From Octopus vulgaris (lineage: Eukaryota), in contig OX597834.1 of the NCBI GenBank assembly GCA_951406725.2, positions 11,222,001-11,286,000 of the forward strand: 64,000 nt of DNA, given 5' to 3'. The position numbers and the translations under genes are program-made. This document shows positions 53,660 to 64,000 of this stretch, piece by piece; position 1 is the stretch's first letter, and each line of letters starts with the position of its first letter. The notes under the pieces were generated by a model, which was given only the letters and a program-made list of their open reading frames with translations, was not told where the DNA came from and did no database searches.

Positions 53660-53832
53660 GCTAGTGAAGTTTCTTTTTCTCTTCTTCGGGTGTTCTAGTG
53701 TTCCGATAATCACTGGTATTATTTCGATTTCCTTTTGATTTGATTTCGAAGCCTGGGTACTTTCACGGGTGCATTTCTTTCCAAACATATTGCAATGTCG
53801 ATACGCATGTGCCTCCTGTCTTACTTATCATT
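53660..53832 (-). mobile_element. Old RLE-type (R4/Dong-like) fragment
   Basis: MRIDIAI... and KEIEIIPVIIGTL in shifted frames; homologous to the motif at 33965-34204. Confidence 0.55.
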
Positions 53833-53909
53833 GTAGGCAATGTTAAATAATAAATTAATTAATTTATATCCATTGAATCTCTCCATTTTCAAACTTATTT
53901 ATTCGTATG

Positions 53910-54085
53910 AACCAGATGAACCAACTTCACGGCAGGAGGTGCAGATGAGGGCAGCTGCATCGAACTCTCTCATGCACCAAATGGCAATTGCTAAAAAGCA
54001 TTCGTGAAGTAAAATCGTGTAGCAACTCTGAATGGCGGTGCCCCAGCATGGCCACAGCTTGTAAGCTGAAACTGGATAAAATATA
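53910..54085 (+). mobile_element. Short 3' end of the same LINE as 8228-8630
   Basis: CCAGATGAACCAACTTCACGGCAGGAGGTGCAGAT...GGCGGTGCCCCAGCATGGCCACAGCT, near-identical to the 8228 copy. Confidence 0.9.
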
Positions 54086-54972
54086 AATATAAAAATAAAT
54101 ATAAATATAAAATATATAAATATATAAAATATAAATATGTATAAATATATATGTGTGTGTGTGTGTATTATTTAATGAACACAATACATAGTTTTACGTG
54201 TTACTAATATTTTATTTTCATATTTTGAGTAATACTTCAAGCATATTCATCAGACACAAACTACATATCACAACGTTTGTGTCTGAGGATTTATGTTTGT
54301 GGTGTTTCTCAACATACGAAACTATTAGTAGCACATAAAGTATGTGTCTATCAAATAATATTTATCTCTTAACAGATGTAATACTTCTTTTGTTTATCTT
54401 ACTATCACGGAACGATTACATTATACATACATACATACGCGTGCGCGCGCGACCCGCCTTCTTCACAGTTTCTGTCGACCTAATTGACTCAAAAAAACTT
54501 TGATTGGCGTTGTGCTATAGTAGTAGACATTTGTTTAAAATGCTGTGCAAAGATACAGAAACCTGAACCGCACGATTACAAGGAGTTCTTCCTAACCACT
54601 CGGCTATGCATGTATAGAAATTTCGCTTCTATAAAACAAAGGTCTCCAAAATGACCTTCTTTATTTCTGAGTGGAAAGACAGAAGGGTTTTTTTTATGGA
54701 AATTATCGATAAAATCCATATAGCCAATAATTGTCGTCTTCATATGTTGTGTTTCTATGTAATGTTTCAGAATTCTGTGACAGAGATATTGAACTTTAAA
54801 AAAATCGTTACTCGTATCTCACAGGATATCTGAAGCGTAACAATAAGAGGATATTCGCATGAAATACCTCTGCGATACAACTGCTCACTGCAGTTGTATC
54901 TTTTACTCTTTTTCCGTCCAAGAAAAGAGGCGAGTATGTTACATTACCGACTTAAAATGGACAAATATAACA

Positions 54973-55174
54973 GAATCATGGGTAGAGTACACTCCATCTT
55001 TGTCGACGATGCTGAATCAGGAAAACGTCTAACTGAAGATCCTAATGTTGAAATAGCGTGTAAGCTATCTGATAACTGAATCATAGGTAGAGTACACTCT
55101 GTTTCTGTCGACAATGCTGAATCAGGAAAACGTCTAACTGAAGATCCTAATGTTGAAATAGCGTGTAAGCTATC
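54973..55174. repeat. 105-bp tandem duplication
   Basis: GAATCAT(G/A)GGTAGAGTACACTC...GTAAGCTATC at 54973 and 55078. Confidence 0.9.
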
Positions 55175-55520
55175 AAGTGTATGCTAGACACTATTCTTAG
55201 TCCAAAATCACCTTCATACGATGTCATAAGATGAGAGATTTCAATGAAAGGAACAATTTAAGAGTAAATTGTAAGAGAACATCCACTCAGTAGAGGACAA
55301 GTAAATTATTCACCAGCCACCGAATGATGCAAGATATATGTAATTCTTGCATGCTTAGAACGCAGATCACGCAGACCCTGCTCAATTATCGCAAATCAGT
55401 TTTGCTTGACACCGAAACGACTGTGTCAGATGGCTGCCTCATAGTATGACGTTTCCGGAAGTAAAAGGAAATGTTATATTCTGTTTTTTTCAACGACGTC
55501 CGGCTGTTAACAAATAGTAT

Positions 55521-55908
55521 GGATGGAAGCACTCCGTCGGTTACGACGACGAGGGTTCCGGTTGATCCTATCAACGGAACAGCCTGCTCGTGAAATTAAC
55601 GTGTAAGTGGTTGAGCACTCCACAGACATGTGTACCCTTAACGTAGTTCTCAGGGATATTCAGCGTGACACAGAGAGTGACAAGGCTGGCCCTTTGAAAT
55701 ACAGGTACAACAGAAACAGGAAGTAAGAGTGAGAGAAAGTTGTGGTGAAAGAGTACAGCAGGGATCACCACCACCCCCTGCCGGAGCCTCGTGGAGCTTT
55801 AGGTGTTTTCGCTCAATAAACACTCACAACGCCCGGTCTGGGAATCGAAACCGCGATCCTATGTCCGCGAGTCCGCTGCCCTAACCACTGGGCCATTGCG
55901 CCTCCACA
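55521..55908 (-). mobile_element. SINE family C (tail type ii), full length
   Basis: 12-bp TSD AACAAATAGTAT (55509-55520 / 55909-55920). Confidence 0.93.
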
Positions 55909-56690
55909 AACAAATAGTATACATGTACTATGACTGTATCGGGCAGTTAATGTCCTCCATCGAGCAGTTAATGTATTTTGTTTATTCGTTCCACTGGTAG
56001 TACCCGATAGTTATCATACGTTACTACCCTAGAAATTTGAGTAAAAATCCAATGTTTACTCTGCTAATACAGCATTATGGGACCGCTTTTAATTCTGAAT
56101 TGTCAATAAAAAAAAAACCCCAGTAGCAATATATTTTATAGAAGTACAATTCAATTAGAACTGAGAATCTGAATAAGGAAATGCCAAGGGGACAAAAACA
56201 GTTATGTGTTTGTATTGAATATAGGATCATTAATTTTCACTTAAAATACCCAAGCAAACATTAATGCAAAATTAGTCTTCGTGAGAAGAGCAACGAGTGT
56301 GGGAAATGCCTAAAGGGAACGCTCAAAGGAAACAGTAAAAACTCCTTTGAATGTTGCTTTGATGGTGATGATGATGATGATGATGATGGTGATGATAATG
56401 ATTACCACCACTATCATCATCATCATCACCTTCATCATAACGGTGATTATGGTAATTGTGAGAAATATAGTTGAGAAGAAAACAAGAAAATGGAGAAGAA
56501 AATGAAAGAAACAAGAAGGAATCGAAGCAACCGATACTAATAATAATAATAGTAATAGTAATAATAATGAGGAAGATGATGAGAAGAAGGATAAGAAAAA
56601 GAAGAAGAAAAAGAAAGCAACAACAGGTGCTATAACAACAACAACTATACCATGTCTTTCCTCTGTCTTGCCTTCTTTGGAACTTTTCCT

Positions 56691-56727
56691 ATGTTTCCGA
56701 CGAAGAGCTCCGCTCGAAACGTTACAT
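56691..56727 (+). ncRNA. Hammerhead motif, second copy of the 23183 family (U4C)
   Basis: atgttt-CCGACGA-A-GAGC-tcc-GCTC-GAAA-CG-TT-acat, within island 56650-56821. Confidence 0.62.
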
Positions 56728-56904
56728 CCTCCTTCTTTCCTTCTTTCCTGAGCGTCCAATAATACTATTTTTGTTCCACGTCCTCGCGTTGTTGTGTTTG
56801 TGCTTTCATGTTTGGATTAACTATATATATATATATATATATCCTCCTTTGGCGTAATTCAAAATTATGCAAGTCACCTCATCTCCCCAACAGTAATTTA
56901 TTTC

Positions 56905-56946
<42 letters not shown>

Positions 56947-57718
56947 AGCCACAGCAACTAACTACATCCACTACATATATTTGTCTAGTGGTATGTAGTT
57001 AGCTACAGATTGAAAACAGATTTATATCAACAAGTGTAGAAGAGAAATTGAAAATGGGAGTTATATGGAAAATGTATAAGATACAAAATTAAGAATAATA
57101 TACAGAAGTAAAACTATAAATGCGAGATGCGAAACAAAAGAAAACATACACGTAGGCTAATAAATGTGCTCGAGTTTATCTGCCTTAAGTCAAGTATTTT
57201 CCTATGTGCCTGTATATGCAGAAAATCTCTGGTCTATTGTTCCCATAGAAATAAAGATCAAGCAAGCGTTTTGGATACGCTTTTCCCTTTTCCGCAAATA
57301 TCGTATAATTTAATTTTATTCTCGTAGAGATTTAGTAAATGGAAACTCTTTTTCATTCTAGCGATAGAAATTTTCGTTTCAGTTGCTAGAAAAACATCGA
57401 CACATTTGTCGCAATTCTTTATTCAATATGTCTTACAGTGGAACTCTGTGTAATAAGCTTGAATGCTCCTTCATTTACATGTATGTGTCTCCGTATATTG
57501 TATCTGCTATTTATTTGAACGGAATTAAATCCATATTCTAAAAGAAAAGTACACACAATCTGAACCAGCAAAACACGTACACAAACACACACACACACGT
57601 ATTTATAAATATGCATGTATTATTTATATAGGTGATCAGTATTTCTATGAGAACGATAGACCAGAGATTTTCTGCAAATACAGGCACATAGGAAAATACT
57701 TAACTTAAGGTCTAGTCT

Positions 57719-57960
57719 TTAGAGCAGCGGACTCGCAGTCGAGGGATCGCAGTTTCGAATTTCAGACCGGGCGATGTGTTTGTTTATGAGCGAAACACCT
57801 AAGCTCCACGCGGCTCCGGCAGAAGGTAATGACAAACTCTTTCCTCTTGCACCTTGCAGCTCACCTGCGATGAGCCGGCGTCCCGTCCAGGTGGGGAATC
57901 TATACGCCAAGGAAACCGGGAAACCGGCCCTAGGAGCCAGGCGTGTCTCGAGAAGGCGAC
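57719..57960 (+). mobile_element. SINE family C (tail type iii), slightly 5'-truncated
   Basis: Matches 28930-29230. Confidence 0.87.
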
Positions 57961-58210
57961 AATTTATATAGGTACATCGCTAACTATAAATGTATCTATA
58001 TGTATGCACGTATTTATGTACGTATGCATGTATGTATGGATATACTTTCTATAGTGCTTTAGTAGCTTTGGAGTTAATTTAAGTCTTATTTTAGCATGAG
58101 TGGTACTAGTCAGCATCCTCCGTCACTTTTGCGAATTCTATTTAAGTTCTAATTGCTAATAAGACACCATTTTAATTTGTAATGTGTATGTATATATATA
58201 TAGGTATATA

Positions 58211-58255
<45 letters not shown>

Positions 58256-58273
58256 TATACATATATGTCTATA

Positions 58274-58322
<49 letters not shown>

Positions 58323-58837
58323 GTATGTGCATGTCTATATACATGCACATACAAGAGCACATACACACACGTAAACATACATGCATACATACATACTTAC
58401 ATTCATACTTACGTTGTAGAATAAAAGAGGTTAATTCGGCGTCAAAGGGACGGGGGATAGATATATAGACACAAGGATTAATGAGGACTGCAGGAAGGTA
58501 GGAAATATGATACGAGAAACTGCACGAAATGTAGGTAATGAGAAGCAGTGAATATATAATAGGTATGTTATTATATTTCACATTTTCAGACATATACACA
58601 AAATTTGAGGAGTAATAAATAGCAGAAATCTTATAACCTTCCTTACTGATTAGATTGGGAATCTTTAATATGATTTTCAGTTGACATTTTCGAAGGTAAT
58701 TTCAAGTTCTGATAAATGAATTTAGCTTTTTAGAAACTGCATTTAAACCAACGTCTTGTTTTTGGAGTTTGCTACTCGTACAGTTCTGAATAATAATGGG
58801 AAGGATTTATACACATACACATCACGTACACATAAAG

Positions 58838-58885
<48 letters not shown>

Positions 58886-59126
58886 ATAGAGAAAATGAAT
58901 GAGATGGAATACATTATGAAAACGACAGTGAGCTGTTGATAGACATAGTCGTTAGAACATTCTGGGAAGCATTTAACTAGAAGTCACAATTAAATGAATG
59001 TAAACGGCATACTTAATTTTAAGAAAGTAACAACTTGTTAAACAGCCCAACAACGTGTACATGAATGTGTGCATATGTCGGATGTAGAACACATATATGT
59101 ACACACACAAACACACATATACACGA

Positions 59127-59160
<34 letters not shown>

Positions 59161-59224
59161 ACATATATATATACATGTATGAACGTATTATTTTATATAG
59201 ATACATATATTAATGTATGTATAG

Positions 59225-59267
<43 letters not shown>

Positions 59268-59335
59268 TTTATACATATATGTATATACATATATATATAT
59301 ACATATATATATATACATATATTTATACATATATG

Positions 59336-59385
<50 letters not shown>

Positions 59386-59496
59386 TACATACATATATAT
59401 ATATCTACATGTGCATATAGCTAAACATATATATGTATAATATATATATATATATATATATACACGTCTGTATGTATATCTATTTATCTCTCTCTT

Positions 59497-59549
<53 letters not shown>

Positions 59550-59921
59550 GTATGTACAGATAGATAGATAGATAGATAAGTGAATTGTCGTTCTCGTTAA
59601 ATAGTTATAAAGAACAACGAATTGCTTTTTTGTTCCGATTAGTTCAAATCTTGCCAATGTCAGCTTTGTCTTTCGTGTGTCCGTAATCATTAAATGAACT
59701 ATCATTCGAAATTAACCTCTTCTTGTACCTCTCTCTACGTCGCACGTAGTCGAGTGCATTGCCTAATGTTACGATTCGTAGTAAACACATCATCCTCTGT
59801 ATATCCCTTTCTCTGGAAATTGCTAAATGATGACTGGCTTCTAACGAACAACTTTTATAACGCCACAGTGATCTAGATCTGTGCAAGAGTGTGCCAGCCT
59901 GCACCAGCAGGTGACAGAAGT

Positions 59922-59992
<71 letters not shown>

Positions 59993-60133
59993 TTAGATAA
60001 CACACTGTAATGCGAGAAAAGAAAGCAATGGTTAGGCAGTAATCCAGAGAGAGGGAAAACGAATGCCAGCAGTTCTAATGTTGTAGTGGATAATATATGT
60101 ATGTTTGTATGTATGTATGTATGTATGTATCTA

Positions 60134-60168
<35 letters not shown>

Positions 60169-60197
60169 GCATATATACATATATCACCATCTATATA

Positions 60198-60253
<56 letters not shown>

Positions 60254-60450
60254 TAGATAGATATATAAATATATATATATATAGATATATATAAATTTTA
60301 TTTGTTAGAGAATAAAAATTCCGGCATAACAGAGGTTCAAATTATTGTCAATGAAGAAATATATTTTAATTTAGTGATAGTAGGCCCTTACATCTCACCA
60401 TATAAAAATAATTTTTATTTTTATTTTAAATACCTACTATTTTATTACTT

Positions 60451-60545
60451 GGCGACACGTGTTTCATGAGGTACATCCTCGAGCTCCTAAACCACTCCGT
60501 GTTTCCGTGGAACCCCTCTCCAGATGCCACCCCAATCATCAGGCC
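60451..60545 (-). ncRNA. Type-I hammerhead motif with long stem II
   Basis: ggc-CTGATGA-t-TGGGGTGGCATC-[~43 nt]-GATGTACCTCA-t-GAAA-C-ACGT-G-TC-gcc. Canonical core, palindromic ACACGTGT stem III, GUC site. Confidence 0.72.
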
Positions 60546-60775
60546 CTTATATAACTTTATTAACGTTCAATACAATAAACTATATTTTAATTTTTTTAAA
60601 CGTTTAAGTATGTGTAAAATAGGTATCTTTAAATAAGTTTTACTGGACTCTACAGTACAAGCCATAATTCAGATAAAAATTCAAATAAAGATAAAAAATT
60701 ACAAAAATAAAGTAAGGGATAAAACAGCTAAAAATATTTTGCGAAAGTTTACAAAAACTATGTTAGTACGGATTA

Positions 60776-61253
60776 CTCTCTTAGTTGTTTCAGTCATTTG
60801 ACTGCGGCCATGCTGGAGCACCACCTTTAATCACGGTCCACAATGGCATTACGGATGTCCTGTTGCTGGATGCCTGTATCCCTGGAGATTACATCAGGGT
60901 AGGAGAGTGTGTGCCCTCTGGTATTGCGAGTAGATGGCTTCCAGAGGAGAAGAGTAGAAATTACCTCTTTTTCAGCTCTACAACAATGTCCAGCAAACTG
61001 GACTCTCTTATCTTTCACAAGAGATGACACAGGTGGTAGTTTCCCATATATTTGCATTTTGGTTGGATGGCGCTTCCACGAGAGATTTTGAGCTCTCATA
61101 AGGAGGCGAGTGTAGGTTCCATCCAACCACCTCTCAAGCTTCTTTGATAACGTCCAGGTTTCTGAGACATATAGTATAATTGGTTCGACTGTGGCTTTGA
61201 AGATTTCAAGTTTGAAGTATCTACTTAGATTTGATGACCAGATCTTATGCATG
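60776..61253 (-). mobile_element. RTE-clade LINE ORF fragment joined to a SINE-A 3' tail
   Basis: MHKIWSSNLSRYFKLEIFKATVEPIILYVSETWTL...DGTYTRLL...RVQFAGHCCR...LLWKP, then directly TAAAGGTGGTGCTCCAGCATGGCCGCAGTCAAATGACTGAAAC. Confidence 0.88.
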
Positions 61254-61884
61254 TCAGAAATACAAAATGAAGTTCCTGGCCCAGGATAAAATATACTATT
61301 CAGTATCGAACCCACGACATTATGAGCTTGAGCTCAGCACTCAATCCATTCGCCTTCTACCAATATATATATATATACACACACAAACACGCACACCTTC
61401 CTTCATCCCACAGCACAAGCATGCATATACTTACAAAGGCTTGGTTATATTCTATGTACGCGTTAGCGTATTTTATGTAAATACATACATATATACACAC
61501 ACATATATGTGTGTGTGTATATTTATATAACATATTGAACTACTTATGTGTATCTCTTTCTCCCACCTCTCTCTCACGTACACACACGATATACATTTAT
61601 GGGTGCGTGTCCGTGTGTATAGTTTGTGTATAGAAGCACAACGGTGTTTCTACCTATGAGTACACGTTTAAATATAGCATGTATATAAGTAAGTATGTAT
61701 GTGTGTATGCTCGCCTGTGTATTCGTGTACATATATGTATGCATGTATGTATGCATGTATTTGTGAGTTGACATAAAGACCATCACTCCCGAGCATTAAA
61801 AATGTGTCAGTTAGAAAGGAAGAGTGATGCACTACGTATATCCATATTACACACACATGCAAAATCAAATATTTATAAATATGC

Positions 61885-62471
61885 ATGTATATATATATAT
61901 ATATATATACATATATAGATATATATATATATAGATAGATAGATAGATAGATATGAATGTATATATATGTATATATATATGTATATATGTGTATATATGT
62001 ATATATATGTGTATATATGTATATATATGTGTATATGTGTATATATATATATGTGTATGTATATGTATATATATATATATGTATATGTATATATGTATAT
62101 GTATATATATATATGTATATATATATATGTATATATGTATATATATATACATATGTATATATATACATATGTATATATATATACATATGCATATATATAT
62201 ACCTATGTATGTGTGTATATGTGTATATATGTATGTGTGTATATGTGTATATATGTATGTGTGTATATGTGTATATATGTATGTGTGTATATGTGTATAT
62301 ATGTATGTGTGTATATGTGTATATATGTATATGTGTATATGTATATATATATATATATGTATATATATAGATGTAAGTATATATGTATATGTATATATTT
62401 ATATATGTATATATATATATGTAAATATATATATGAATACAAACATATATGTATATATATGTGTGTATATA

Positions 62472-62502
<31 letters not shown>

Positions 62503-62555
62503 TTATATATATGCACACATTCATACATACATACATACATACATGCATACATACG
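61885..62555. repeat. Compound (TA)n/(TG)n array including a 24-bp higher-order unit
   Basis: ATGTATGTGTGTATATGTGTATAT repeated about 5 times at ~62205-62330. Confidence 0.93.
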
Positions 62556-63137
62556 AACACATCCAAACCATTTCTCTCCACATCTCTGTCTGTAACATCG
62601 TCTGTGAGAAAATGTCGGATTTATTGTTAATTTGTAAAAAGGCTAAATTCATTTATGGAGACTCGAAATTAACTCCGAACTTTTCAACAGAAAATCATAT
62701 TAAAGATTCACAATCTAATCACAGAGAATGGTTATAAGATTTCTGCCATTTACTATTTCTGAAATCCTTATATATATACCTAATAGCGACATATTATAGA
62801 ATAGTTATTTTAAATTTAGTTCGTTTCGCTGGCTTTTTGTTATATTTTCTCACACGATTGTAATCTTTTTACTCTCTAATTTCTTTCTTTTGTGTTCACC
62901 ACCTGTCTCTCTATCTCTCATCTTCTCTCTCTCTTTCACACACTCTTTCTCTCTCTCTCTGTTCAGCGCTCTCTGGCGTGACTTTCACTATTTTCTTTGT
63001 TTTTCCCACCTTTTCCATTATATGCTCTGCACAAGTAACCTATTCGCCAAGAACACTGTGACTAAGTAAGAAGAAATTCTATAACCAGAAAACGTTTTCG
63101 AATATCTTTTTCTAACTCTTTCCCATTTCCCTTTCAA

Positions 63138-63187
<50 letters not shown>

Positions 63188-63253
63188 CCATGATAGATCG
63201 GTGGCCACTACACGCATTTTTTTCTCTCCTTGTTTTATTTTGTGTCTGTGTCG

Positions 63254-63290
63254 CTCTCTGTAGAAGAGCGTAGGCTCGAAACGTGAAGGA
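63254..63290 (+). ncRNA. Degenerate hammerhead-like motif in a (TA)n-flanked island (63185-63382)
   Basis: CTGTAGA-A-GAGC-gtag-GCTC-GAAA-CG-TG-aagg. Same architecture as 23183 but A6U and a GUG site. Confidence 0.5.
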
Positions 63291-63377
63291 ATTTTTCTAT
63301 CCCTCAGCGTTATAATAATACATCTTTTTGTTTCGTACACCACCTGTCTTCGTCTTTTGTTTTTTCGTAAACTCTTC

Positions 63378-63442
<65 letters not shown>

Positions 63443-63541
63443 GATAATAAAGGGTTATTTGCAACAAGTTGCTTAAACCACATACCGAAAATATTAGAAA
63501 TAGCAGCCAAATAGTTTACCATTACTATTACTACAAAAATA

Positions 63542-63578
<37 letters not shown>

Positions 63579-64000
63579 GGTTTGGAGATGATGTACATGT
63601 ACTATATATTAGAAGAAATGAGGTATTCAAAAATTTGGATGGTTTTATATTTACAGATATTTATTAGTATGTTACATGTTTTTATAAATCCTATATCATA
63701 TAATAGCGCTTTCGTCTACTCTAGTGGAGTGTTCAAATTCAATATATATACATATATATGCATTAATGAATAAATATGTGCATATATATGTGTGTGCGTG
63801 TGTGAATATGTATGTATATATATGCTAAGGTATTAGTATACATTAATGTATATATGTGTATTTATATATGTATGCACTTATTAATTGTATATATGTACTT
63901 AAGATATATAGTGTGCAATTTGCTTGGTGACTGGTTCAGCATAAAAGCACTCAGTTCAATTGGCGGTAAATATCATTTAACAAACAGTGGTGTTATACGT

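Noticed and set aside
59644-59925. Non-repetitive part of the 178-aa minus-strand ORF
   Set aside because: No recognisable domain or splice signals; the ORF is extended by microsatellites.

Overview
AT-rich, microsatellite-dense eukaryotic DNA. The repeat content (tRNA-derived SINEs, abundant (TA)n/(CA)n tracts) points to an octopus or other coleoid cephalopod genome; this is inference from repeat recognition, not a database result. No intact host protein-coding gene, tRNA or rRNA gene could be supported, so the window looks intronic or intergenic. Nearly all long ORFs are translations of microsatellites (YI/HT/CV runs). The real coding remnants are all decayed transposons: a Tc1/mariner transposase with DD36E spacing, CR1/L2-group LINE 3' ends, RTE fragments, R4/Dong-type RLE fragments and a Penelope GIY-YIG relic. 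There are also more than 25 SINE copies in 3-4 modular families, non-autonomous Helitrons and a Helentron-type element, a MITE family with 8-bp TSDs and telomere-like repeats, and several local duplications. The most interesting signal is six complete (intact or degenerate) type-I minimal hammerhead-ribozyme motifs plus one half-motif, from several unrelated Penelope-like/retrozyme-like families. Most lie in short islands within or beside (TA)n tracts; they include U4C core variants and one with a long stem II. All coordinates were read by eye and element boundaries are approximate unless stated.
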